A stretch of DNA of 64,000 nt from an uncultured virus (IMG/VR IMGVR_UViG_3300036846_001501) (taxonomy: Duplodnaviria; Heunggongvirae; Uroviricota; Caudoviricetes), in the IMG/VR virus record IMGVR_UViG_3300036846_001501; one strand, given 5' to 3'. Under the pieces are notes generated by a model that searched no databases, was not told the origin of the DNA, and was given only the letters and a program-made list of their open reading frames with translations. This document shows positions 55,099 through 63,398 of the stretch, piece after piece (the stretch's first letter is position 1; each line of letters opens with the position of its first letter). The translations under genes and the position numbers were made by a program.

Positions 55099-56171
55099 GG
55101 CTCGATTGTCCTCTCATCGCTGTCGGGAAGGAACTCCAGGGGTCTCTGTTGCCGGCGGCCCCGCCCCTGCGGGCGCCGCAGCAGCTCATCAAGCGAAGGC
55201 AATTGATCGCGCACCAGTTGCGCGAGCTTGCGGTCGGGAAAAAGTCCCAGGAAGCCGTCGCGGGCCGCCCGGAGTTGTTCGAGCACGGCAAGGCCGACGC
55301 GCATCGCGGCGGCATGCCGGAGACGATCGACCAGCTCCTGCGGGCGGAGCGCGAAGTGATGCCCGTGCTGCTGCTCGAAGGCACGGAAGACCGCCGCGGG
55401 CAGCGGGATCTCCCACCCGCCCAGCCAGGTCGGCGGCGACGTGCCCGCCGGCAGACGATCGCCGCAGCAGGCGCAGGCGCCCGTCGCGGCCGTGAACCAG
55501 CCGCCGCAATGGAAGCAATTGCGGACCACGTTGGGCTGGCGCCACTCGCGGTATAGCTCGGCCACCTCCGCGGGGGAGCTGACTACGTGGCCGATCTCGC
55601 GGCCCAGGTCCGGCATTGCCGACGTGGCGTCGGCATGGCCCGTGAATTCCTTGAGCGGCCGCTTGAGACCGGCGACCACGACCTTCCCGCCCATGGGATC
55701 CTCGTCGAGGCGGGAGAGTTGCGTCAGGCAGAACAGGACCACGTCGCGCCGCAGGTCGGGCCCCAGGAGCGCATCGGGCCAGTTCCGGGCGGCGAACGCC
55801 TCGGACCAGGCCGAGTAATCAAGCAGGAACGGCTTGAAGCCCGGATTGAACTTCGGGTTCAGCCAGACCGTGCCCGTGGCGGCGTCGAGATAGAGCTTTG
55901 AGCCCCGCCCGGGCACGAGGATCGGCGGCAGCGTGATCAGGTAACGGCTCTTGCCCGGATGATCGAAGTAGACATCCCGCACCTTGGGCTCGGTGAAGTG
56001 CGGCAGGAGCGGACGGAACGCTGCGAACGCAACCCGGTGGGCGCCGTCGGCAATCCGGTCGAGCGCCGCTCGATAGTCGTCGCGTCCGATCGCGAGCGTC
56101 CCCGGGAGCAGCTCCGAGGCCGTGTCGGGCCACCGCAGGGTCTGGCGGGCGACTGAGTTATCCGAAGTCAC
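55095..56171 (-). CDS. Hypothetical protein with zinc ribbon, between Mre11 and Rad50 genes
   Basis: 358 aa; CFHC...CACC; overlaps both neighbours. Confidence 0.75.
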   Translation of the reverse strand: MTSDNSVARQTLRWPDTASELLPGTLAIGRDDYRAALDRIADGAHRVAFAAFRPLLPHFTEPKVRDVYFDHPGKSRYLITLPPILVPGRGSKLYLDAATGTVWLNPKFNPGFKPFLLDYSAWSEAFAARNWPDALLGPDLRRDVVLFCLTQLSRLDEDPMGGKVVVAGLKRPLKEFTGHADATSAMPDLGREIGHVVSSPAEVAELYREWRQPNVVRNCFHCGGWFTAATGACACCGDRLPAGTSPPTWLGGWEIPLPAAVFRAFEQQHGHHFALRPQELVDRLRHAAAMRVGLAVLEQLRAARDGFLGLFPDRKLAQLVRDQLPSLDELLRRPQGRGRRQQRPLEFLPDSDERTIEP

Positions 56172-57267
56172 CGATCAGCTCCTCGAGGGCAGCAATGCGG
56201 TCGGGTGCCTTGTAGAGCCGCACCGAGTCGTCCCGGAGCCGCCCGGCCGGGACCATCTGCTCCATCGCGGCCAGCATACCGCCGGCGGCCACCGCCGCCA
56301 GCATCGCTGCTTCCGCCGGATCGTCGGCCAGCTCCTCGTGGACCGGTTTCGGGAAGAAGTGGAACCGGCCCTCGCAGGCCGCGAGTAGCCGTGTGTAGGC
56401 GCCGGGTAGGTCCTCGGGATAGGTCACCTGCAAGAGTCCCCGCAGGAGCGGTTCCGGGAGTTCCCACTTGCGGGCGTGGTCGGCCGCCAGGTCCGCCAGC
56501 TCGGAAAGCCCCCGGGCGATCAGGTCTTCGAGGTCGTCCGGCGTGCTGATCACCAGCCGATCGCAGAACCGACCCGGAAGCGGTACCCGCTCGGGCGCGC
56601 CCAGGTCGTCGCCGAAGACGAGGATCGATTTCGACTCGGGCTCATCAATCGATTGCATGCAGAGCGAACCTGTGCTGTAAGCCCAGAGCCGACTCCCGTC
56701 GGGACGGATCAACTCGGTCCGCTGCTCGTAGTGGTAGTCGCCGAACAGGGCGGCGTGGACGTGGGGCAGGTCGACGAGCCGCAGCTCGCACTCCACGTGC
56801 CGCCCGCTTCCCATGTGCTCCTCACAGGTCTGGTGGCCGAGGATGATGTCCGCAGCCGTGGGGACGCCCGCGATCAGGTCGGGGATCCGCGCCGCCGGCT
56901 GCCAGTCGCGGCCGTAGATGCCGTAGGGGCCGACCTCGACCGTGCGGCCGTCGATCGAGACCGGATGGTCGTGGAGCGACTCGATCGCCGTGACCTTGCG
57001 GTCCAGCTCATGCTGGCCCTGGATGTAGTACACGTTGCGTCCGGCCCGCTCGAAGTGGTCGAACTCGTGCCGGAGGAACTTCCGGTCGGCGTTGGAGGGC
57101 GCCAGCACGTCGAAGACGTCGCCCCCCAGGAGCAGATCAACGCCGCGGGCCAGGCAGATCTGGCGGACCGCGGCGAAGGCGTGATGACTGTCCCCATCGA
57201 TGCCCGAACGGGTCCATGCCGAGGGGGCGATGTGGCAATCACAGGCAAGGGCAAAATGACCATTCAC
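56158..57267 (-). CDS. Mre11/SbcD-like metallophosphoesterase nuclease
   Basis: DCH, GGDVFD, GQHE, GHQ, GDYH, YSTGS. Confidence 0.9.
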   Translation of the reverse strand: MNGHFALACDCHIAPSAWTRSGIDGDSHHAFAAVRQICLARGVDLLLGGDVFDVLAPSNADRKFLRHEFDHFERAGRNVYYIQGQHELDRKVTAIESLHDHPVSIDGRTVEVGPYGIYGRDWQPAARIPDLIAGVPTAADIILGHQTCEEHMGSGRHVECELRLVDLPHVHAALFGDYHYEQRTELIRPDGSRLWAYSTGSLCMQSIDEPESKSILVFGDDLGAPERVPLPGRFCDRLVISTPDDLEDLIARGLSELADLAADHARKWELPEPLLRGLLQVTYPEDLPGAYTRLLAACEGRFHFFPKPVHEELADDPAEAAMLAAVAAGGMLAAMEQMVPAGRLRDDSVRLYKAPDRIAALEELIGDFG

Positions 57268-57602
57268 GGTGAGTTCTCCGCAGGTCCGGGACCGGGCCCC
57301 GGCGGCGACAGGAATACGCCGCTGATCGCAGCGATCACAGCCTGCTTGAGGAAGTTCTTGCCCTGGCGGCGCTCGCGCCGCCAGATCTCGGTGCTGCGCG
57401 GATCCAGGACCGCCCGCTCAAAGGCGATCTCGGCGTCGTGGAGCCTGCGGGCGGTGCCGATTGCCCCCAGCCGGTCGACATCCCCGCCCAGGGCGGGACT
57501 CGAGAGGAGCTGGGCCGCGATCGCCAGGATCGGAGCGTCGACGGGGTACGCCGCATCGTAGAGCCGCTCGAACGCGGCCGTACTTGATGCTGTGGTTGAC
57601 AT
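57264..57602 (-). CDS. Hypothetical protein
   Basis: GGAGG SD before MSTTAS; ATGA coupling. Confidence 0.65.
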   Translation of the reverse strand: MSTTASSTAAFERLYDAAYPVDAPILAIAAQLLSSPALGGDVDRLGAIGTARRLHDAEIAFERAVLDPRSTEIWRRERRQGKNFLKQAVIAAISGVFLSPPGPGPGPAENSP

Positions 57603-57692
57603 GGCTGCCTCCAGGATGGTTACAGTAGGCGCTCGCTCCGGCCAGGGGCATCGGAGCGGGCGAACAGTGATTGGCCGGGTAGGAGGACAGGG

Positions 57693-57968
57693 ATGCTGGT
57701 ACTCACACGGGAGACGGACGAGATCCTGCACATCGGTCCCGATATCGTCGTGCGGATCGTCCGTATCGACGGACACAGGGTGCGCCTCGGGATCGAGGCG
57801 CCGGACGAAATCTGCATCCTCCGCGGCGAGCTGGTCAGGGCCGGCGCGACCCTGACACGGCTCCGGCCTGGCGCACGAGTACGTCCGCGGAGCGAAGCCG
57901 GCGATAGTGATGCCGCACCGCGGCCTCCGAGACCGCCGGGATCGCCCGGATCGAGTGGTACAGGCTGA
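57693..57968 (+). CDS. csrA: Carbon storage regulator CsrA
   Basis: MLVLTR..DE.L.IG.DI.V.IV.IDG..VRLGIEAP..I.ILR.EL; AGGAGG SD. Confidence 0.95.
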   Translation: MLVLTRETDEILHIGPDIVVRIVRIDGHRVRLGIEAPDEICILRGELVRAGATLTRLRPGARVRPRSEAGDSDAAPRPPRPPGSPGSSGTG

Positions 57969-58671
57969 AATCGGAGCGGAGGATCCATGGCTGCGGTGCC
58001 CCCGTCATGGTGTCCGGGTGGTTGGCGTAGAGGGGGGCGACGGGCGCATCCATCGTTCCCCAGATCTTCACGTGATGGCCCAGCGCCTGGGCCATCCAGC
58101 TAATATAAACGTCCGGCCAGAGCGTCCATTGCTCGTAGTTGGGCGGGACCAGAAGCCCGCGGCTCGCGAGATCGAGCACCAGGTAGCGGGAGAGCCAGGT
58201 GGCCGAATAGAACACGCCCTCGGCGACCGGTATGAAGTTGACTGCCTCCGGAACCCACTCGCCGAATTGCTTCTTCCAGTCCGGCCAGTCGTTGGAGTAG
58301 TCGATGCGGTCACCCACGCCCAGGAGGTCGACGGCGTAGCGGTCCATCAGCCCACACGCCCAGTCGTCGAAACCACGGCCGATCGGCAGCACGTCGTCGT
58401 CGAGGCAGAGGACCACCTCGAACTCCAGCCCGGCGGCGATCGCGTGCACGATCCCCTCGTTGTTCTTGAAGCCCGAGAACTCCTTCCGGGACTCGATCGC
58501 CGAGCGGATCACGGTCACGTCAGGGCCGGCCACCTCGATGTTGCCGACGTCGTCGATCAGGATCAGATGGAACGGCCGCACACAACCCCAGCGGAGCCCA
58601 TCCAGGAGATCGGCGGCGATGTCGTGGCCGCGGTTGATGGCACAGACGATCAACGTATCGACACTGTCCAT
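57835..58671 (-). CDS. GT-A fold (family 2-like) glycosyltransferase
   Basis: LILIDD, GF.NN.GI, LCLDDDV. Confidence 0.75.
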   Translation of the reverse strand: MDSVDTLIVCAINRGHDIAADLLDGLRWGCVRPFHLILIDDVGNIEVAGPDVTVIRSAIESRKEFSGFKNNEGIVHAIAAGLEFEVVLCLDDDVLPIGRGFDDWACGLMDRYAVDLLGVGDRIDYSNDWPDWKKQFGEWVPEAVNFIPVAEGVFYSATWLSRYLVLDLASRGLLVPPNYEQWTLWPDVYISWMAQALGHHVKIWGTMDAPVAPLYANHPDTMTGAPQPWILRSDFSLYHSIRAIPAVSEAAVRHHYRRLRSADVLVRQAGAVSGSRRP

Positions 58672-58680
58672 CGCAGCCTC

Positions 58681-59541
58681 CTACATGATCGCCCGGAGTG
58701 CCTCCGGGATCGGCTCCAGGCTATCCAGCGGCTGGCCCGTGTCAATGTTGGTGGACCAGTAGCGGTCCAGCTCCTCGTTCGAGGCCCGGTTCTGCCATCC
58801 CCGGCCGGCCTCGAGGTCGGCGGGATTCCAGGGCCGCCGCCGCGCCGAGGCGATCCGCTCGACGGCAACCATGCGGTCGACCTTGTGGAGATGGACCAGG
58901 ATCAGGCCGTCGGGCGGCGCGGGTGTCAAAACCCTCCCGGTCGCACCTCCGTAAATCCACACCTGGTGGAACCCGGGGCCCCATTCCAGGGGCACCCGCG
59001 TGAGGAGCGTCTTGGAATAGATTGCCGACTGGTACCAGTAGCCGCGCTGCGCGAGCGGCCGCCTGCTGCGGTCCAGGGGCTTCTCCCCTGGTTGCTGGAC
59101 GACCTCGTAGCCGACGGCGCCGATCGAATCGAGTTCCTCGACCTCGGGGTTATACGCAAGGTAGTGCGCCAGGTGCCCCCACGGGAGCGACCGCCGGGGA
59201 TCCGGCAGCACGAGTTCGTCGACCTCGCTGAAGAGTACCCACTCGTAACTCCGGAGCAGGAACCGGCAGAAGTCGGCGACCGTGCCCCGGAGCCAGTCAT
59301 GGTCGAAGGCAACCGCGCGGTGTACCGGCACGACACGGACAAAGCTGTCTTCGAGCGCGCGAATCTCCTCGGGGGCCCAGCCCCGGACCTCGGTGTGGTG
59401 GAGAACATAAACGTCCTCCGGGCACATCCCGGTCTGCCCCGTGTAATGGGCGACCCAGCGGGGGAGAAAATAGGGTTCGTCCTGGGCGATCGTGAAGCAC
59501 GCCAGGTGGCGCTTCCGGCTATCATGGCGGTTCCGTTTCAT
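58681..59541 (-). CDS. Glycosyltransferase (Glyco_tranf_2_4-like)
   Basis: FTIAQDE..FLP.WV.HY, YEWVLF.EVDE.V, K.L....P..W..GFH, L.HLH. Confidence 0.85.
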   Translation of the reverse strand: MKRNRHDSRKRHLACFTIAQDEPYFLPRWVAHYTGQTGMCPEDVYVLHHTEVRGWAPEEIRALEDSFVRVVPVHRAVAFDHDWLRGTVADFCRFLLRSYEWVLFSEVDELVLPDPRRSLPWGHLAHYLAYNPEVEELDSIGAVGYEVVQQPGEKPLDRSRRPLAQRGYWYQSAIYSKTLLTRVPLEWGPGFHQVWIYGGATGRVLTPAPPDGLILVHLHKVDRMVAVERIASARRRPWNPADLEAGRGWQNRASNEELDRYWSTNIDTGQPLDSLEPIPEALRAIM

Positions 59542-59553
59542 GGAGACCTCATC

Positions 59554-60255
59554 ATGGTCGTGGTAGTCCTGTGCGTGCCCCGGTGTGGTTCCAGCATGAC
59601 GGCTGGACTCCTCCACCATTTGGGCATCTCGATGGGCATCAGCCTGCTGCCGGCCGACCGCTGGAACCAGCGCGGCTACTACGAGGACCGGCAGTTCCTC
59701 GGCCTGCACCGGATCATGGCATTCCCGATCGGAGATGCCAAACGGATTCGCCTGAACCTCCCGGCGGAACACCCGGATCCAGCACCCCCGGTGCTCGCGC
59801 GCTACGAGCGGGCGATCCGCAATCGCGAGGACCAGCGGATCGACTGGGGGATCAAGGATCCCTGGCTGACCTTCTGCTTCGACGTGTTCCGCCAGATCTG
59901 CCGGGACGAGATCCGCGCCGTGGTGCCCCGCCGCGATCCGGCCGAGTCGGTCGCCAGCCTGCGGATGATGTTCAACCTGGCGCCGTCCGCCGCCGCCACC
60001 GTCATGCACTACTTCGAGCAGCAGCGGAATGCGGTGCTCGCACGGTTCGAGGGGCCGGTGCTCGAGGTCGAGTACGCCGATGCACTTGCCGCCCCGGGGA
60101 ATACGGTGGCCGCGCTGGCCGACTTCGTGGGCCACAAACCGAACGCCGCGGCGCTGCGGCAGATCGATCCCAACCTCTATCACCAGCGGTTCCACGACGA
60201 GCCGGCCGAGAACGGGCGCTGGGACGGGGACGAGGCAGCGTTCAATTATCGGTAA
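59554..60255 (+). CDS. Sulfotransferase-family protein
   Basis: PAPS loop PRCGSS..AGLL..LG, N.RGYYED, WGIKDP, RRDP.E...SL, VEY...L..P. Confidence 0.85.
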   Translation: MVVVVLCVPRCGSSMTAGLLHHLGISMGISLLPADRWNQRGYYEDRQFLGLHRIMAFPIGDAKRIRLNLPAEHPDPAPPVLARYERAIRNREDQRIDWGIKDPWLTFCFDVFRQICRDEIRAVVPRRDPAESVASLRMMFNLAPSAAATVMHYFEQQRNAVLARFEGPVLEVEYADALAAPGNTVAALADFVGHKPNAAALRQIDPNLYHQRFHDEPAENGRWDGDEAAFNYR

Positions 60256-60514
60256 TTGCGGTCGGCTCCACCGCGCTCGCCTCGCCCCGCGAGAACAGGC
60301 TCCGGGAACCGGGACCGGAGGCGCGGCGACTCATTTGAAGATTCCGCCCGTTGCACCTGTCACAAAGCCGGTTACCGGCCGACTTACTCGTGAAGTCCCG
60401 TTCACAGCCGAGGCACCGCCGGCGACTGGTGCCGAGACGCACGGCCGACGGCCGCGCCGGGGGGCCCCGGCGCGGCGCGTGATTGTCATCCATCGGCGGT
60501 TCCGCGGTGGCCAT
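60242..60514 (-). CDS. Small zinc-finger protein
   Basis: RRCLGC.RDF.S...GNRLC.RC. Confidence 0.75.
   Translation of the reverse strand: MATAEPPMDDNHAPRRGPPARPSAVRLGTSRRRCLGCERDFTSKSAGNRLCDRCNGRNLQMSRRASGPGSRSLFSRGEASAVEPTAITDN
60244..60257. promoter_or_regulatory. AATT-N6-AATT site, copy 7 (AATTATCGGTAATT)
   Basis: At the convergent stops of sulfotransferase and zinc-finger genes. Confidence 0.6.
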
Positions 60515-61043
60515 CCGTGGCCTCCAGGATCGTCAAGGGCGCCAGGTCCGGGATGTCCGGACCGAGGCCCTGTTCCAGCTCCTTGATCACCGTGTCGAGC
60601 TGATACGCCTTGTACCGGGCTTCGCGGAGCCGGTCAAGCACAGGCCGGACCTTGGCCCGCTCGACCGTCCGTTCGCCCACGTACCCGTCGGTCGGATACT
60701 CGACCGGTTTGTCCATCCCGGGCCGCCAGGAACGGCCCCCGGGCCGCAGTGCGATGCCGCTCTCCGCGTCCCAGAAGTAGTCGTAGGCAATGTTCTCGTC
60801 GAAGCAGAACAGCATGACGTCGGTGAACTCGTCGCCGCACGACTCGGGATCCTGAAGTTCCAGCCATCCCTGCTGGTCGGACTCGGCCAGGAGCTTCTCG
60901 GTAGCCTTATCAAGGTCGCCCTCGGCGACGGCAAAGTCGCCGAACTCGTGGTTGCATTCTTCCAGCGCGCCGCAAAGCGCGCTGGTCACGCCGCGGCGGA
61001 TCGGGCCACCGATCCGGAGCGTTACACAGAAGCGGTCGGACAC
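60486..61043 (-). CDS. Acidic hypothetical protein
   Basis: GGAGG SD before GTG (SDRFCVTLRIGG). Confidence 0.7.
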   Translation of the reverse strand: MSDRFCVTLRIGGPIRRGVTSALCGALEECNHEFGDFAVAEGDLDKATEKLLAESDQQGWLELQDPESCGDEFTDVMLFCFDENIAYDYFWDAESGIALRPGGRSWRPGMDKPVEYPTDGYVGERTVERAKVRPVLDRLREARYKAYQLDTVIKELEQGLGPDIPDLAPLTILEATDGHRGTADG

Positions 61044-62113
61044 AGCGAATCCTCCTCGACCCGGACCTCGACCACCTGCTCGGCAATGCCGAACTTGAGG
61101 CGATAGGTCCCGGTGAGCTGATCGATCGGCGGATGGGCCGCCACGAGGCACCCCTCCGGATCGGTGGCGTGGAGCACCAGGTAGACACCAGTGCGGCCCG
61201 GCGTCCCGTTGACCAGGTAGAGGTAGACCGTGTGGCCCCCCTCGATGTCCCGCCGCCAGCAGTCGAGCTGGCCGTCGGGGCCGATGCCCTCGACCATCGT
61301 GTTCGGGCGGCCGACCAGGTCACCGTAGCGGCGGCCGACCTCGGCCGGGAGCGTGATCACGAGCGGCGGCCCGAAGGGCAAGGGCGCGGACCCCGAGCCC
61401 GTCGCCGGCGCCGGCGCCGCCGACTGGGGATCGTCCTTGAGCACCTTGCATCGCTTCCGCGAGATGTTCGACCAGGGCTCGCCCTGCTCGTCCTCGAGCG
61501 AAATCACGTCGCCATCCTCGGCCGTGACCTTGCCGATCACGGTCCGCTTGTCGGCGCGGTAGCGGACCCAACGGCCCAGCCAGGCCGCCCGCGACCCCTG
61601 CTTCCTGCCTCGCTTCTTCTTCGATGGCGGGGCCTCCTCAGTAGATATGTCCGCCTGGGGGTCGGCGTGTGCAGCAATTCCGGGATTTGCTCCAGATTCC
61701 GGGAGGGCCCCGTTCATGGGCAGGCGCATCTGGCCCGGCAGGTCGTCATTGGACGGATCCTCGGGCCGTTCCAGGATGCGGCGGAAGAAACCCCCGACGT
61801 CGACCGGGGCACCGCCGTCGACCTCCTCGACATGAGCCAGGAGGAGCACCTCCACATCCTGGTCCTCAAGTCCGTAGTTCGCCGCGAAGCCATTGGCCAC
61901 GCCCATCTCGGGGATGGATCTGTCCATGGCCGTGAGACCGATCTCGTCGACGTAGACGGCGAACCCGGCAGCCAGCACCCGTCGCAAATGGAGATACTTC
62001 ACCAGGCATTCGATCCGTGCGGCCGGATCCGCCGGGCCGCCGCCGGCGTCGCAGAGGCGATCGAGCGCGGCCGCGGGGGTGATCACCGGGGCTGTCGTCT
62101 TCTTGCGAGGCAT
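61022..62113 (-). CDS. Multidomain hypothetical protein
   Basis: AGGGAG SD before MPRKK; central SH3/KOW-like segment GRWVRY......GKV. Confidence 0.7.
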   Translation of the reverse strand: MPRKKTTAPVITPAAALDRLCDAGGGPADPAARIECLVKYLHLRRVLAAGFAVYVDEIGLTAMDRSIPEMGVANGFAANYGLEDQDVEVLLLAHVEEVDGGAPVDVGGFFRRILERPEDPSNDDLPGQMRLPMNGALPESGANPGIAAHADPQADISTEEAPPSKKKRGRKQGSRAAWLGRWVRYRADKRTVIGKVTAEDGDVISLEDEQGEPWSNISRKRCKVLKDDPQSAAPAPATGSGSAPLPFGPPLVITLPAEVGRRYGDLVGRPNTMVEGIGPDGQLDCWRRDIEGGHTVYLYLVNGTPGRTGVYLVLHATDPEGCLVAAHPPIDQLTGTYRLKFGIAEQVVEVRVEEDSLCPTASV

Positions 62114-62203
62114 GAAAAGGCTCCCTTGCTCAGACGACCTCGAGCTTTCTGCGTGCCTGGCACCAGATCTCGAGGTCGAGTTCAGCCGGCGTCCTGCCAT
62201 CCC

Positions 62204-63214
62204 CTATAGTCGCCCCCGCGGCGGGCGACAATCCGAACTGCCGCCGCGGAACCGCCCGAAGCGGACCCACCGCGGCGTCCGGGCCCGGACGGCGAGATAT
62301 TCGGATACCAGCTCCAGGGGCCCGCCCAGGAGAAATTCGGGATAGCGGAAGGCGCGGGCCACGGCCCGCACCAGGTCGGCACGGCGCGGCGCCGCGCGGC
62401 TCCGCAGCCGGACCCGCCCCGGCGCAGTACAGAGGACCGGCGCCGCGGCGACCGCGGGATGGGCCAGGAGCGCCGGGGCGACTGCCGCCGGCACAAGCAG
62501 GACCTGGTGGATCAGGACCCGCCACCAGGATGGCCGCCCGGCCCGCCCGCCCAGCTCGACCCGGAGCACGTCCAGGCCCCCCGTAGTGCCCAGCCGGGAG
62601 AGCCGGCGGATCTCCTGGGTCCGGGTCAGGAATCGGGTCTTCCCCTGGGAGCGGGGGGCCTTGCCCGCGGGATCCAGCCGGCAGCGGAAGATCGCTGGCA
62701 GCGTCCGCTGCCCTTTCACTTCAAGGGGAAAGCGGTAGCTGACCGTCCGCTCCACCAGGACGTCCGCCGCCAGCAGACCGGGCGCCGTGAAGAGGCGCGC
62801 ATCGATCGCGTCGAAGCAGGCCAGGGCCTGCCGGGCCCAGCAGTCGGGGCAGATGGCCCGCAGGCCGCAGGCCCGGAGCCGACTCTGCGGCACGTAACAG
62901 GCGGGCAGGCAGCGGAGGAAGGCCCAGCGCTTCCGCTCGTCGCAGAAGGGGGCGACGTCCGCCTCCGCCAGACCCAGCACCCGGCCGTGCCAGCGCCGGC
63001 GGAGCGCGACGGCCCGGTCGGCGATTCCCTGCCGCGCCGCCGCGTCGAAACCGGCCGCGGCCGGGCCGCCCAGGAGCGCCCGCTGGCATACCTGACGCCG
63101 GTAACTCCGGGGGAGGCCAGCCGGAGCCTCGTCGGGCCGGCCGGGCCCGCCATTTGGGGTAATAAGATGGCTCAAAGTAACGCCCCCGCCGGCCGTGGTA
63201 ATAAGATGGCACAA
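62204..63214 (-). CDS. Degenerate rolling-circle Rep (HUH)-like protein; start uncertain
   Basis: RC...RAC...ICPDCW Zn motif, GGL..L.V, WRVLIHQVLLVP (HUH-like), AFRYP (motif 3-like), R.VRFG.FRG, in Rep_1 order. Confidence 0.5.
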   Translation of the reverse strand: MCHLITTAGGGVTLSHLITPNGGPGRPDEAPAGLPRSYRRQVCQRALLGGPAAAGFDAAARQGIADRAVALRRRWHGRVLGLAEADVAPFCDERKRWAFLRCLPACYVPQSRLRACGLRAICPDCWARQALACFDAIDARLFTAPGLLAADVLVERTVSYRFPLEVKGQRTLPAIFRCRLDPAGKAPRSQGKTRFLTRTQEIRRLSRLGTTGGLDVLRVELGGRAGRPSWWRVLIHQVLLVPAAVAPALLAHPAVAAAPVLCTAPGRVRLRSRAAPRRADLVRAVARAFRYPEFLLGGPLELVSEYLAVRARTPRWVRFGRFRGGSSDCRPPRGRL

Positions 63215-63237
63215 AGTAACCGGTCACTTTGTGCCAT
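63158..63237. repeat. Two 24-bp direct repeats overlapping a 32-bp near-perfect palindrome
   Basis: GGTAATAAGATGGC(T/A)CAAAGTAAC at 63158 and 63197; ATGGCACAAAGTAACCGGTCACTTTGTGCCAT at 63206-63237. Confidence 0.9.
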
Positions 63238-63398
63238 TACAACGAAGTTGTACTATCCCGGGGCGCCGGGGGATCGCTTCGCTCCCCCCGCCACCCCGGG
63301 ATTTTTCGGCGCCCCCGGGGAGCCGGTGTGACACTTCATTCGTCATCGGCTGGCCCCCGCGCGGCGCGCCGCTCCGGAAGAGGAATGGGGATTGCCCA

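Noticed and set aside
57907..59553. N-terminal ~550 aa of the 782-aa plus-strand ORF
   Set aside because: Antisense shadow of two glycosyltransferases; only the part from ATG 59554 has sulfotransferase motifs and an SD
59542..60195. N-terminal extension of the 504-aa minus-strand ORF
   Set aside because: Shadow of the sulfotransferase; glycosyltransferase motifs begin at MKRNRH (59541)
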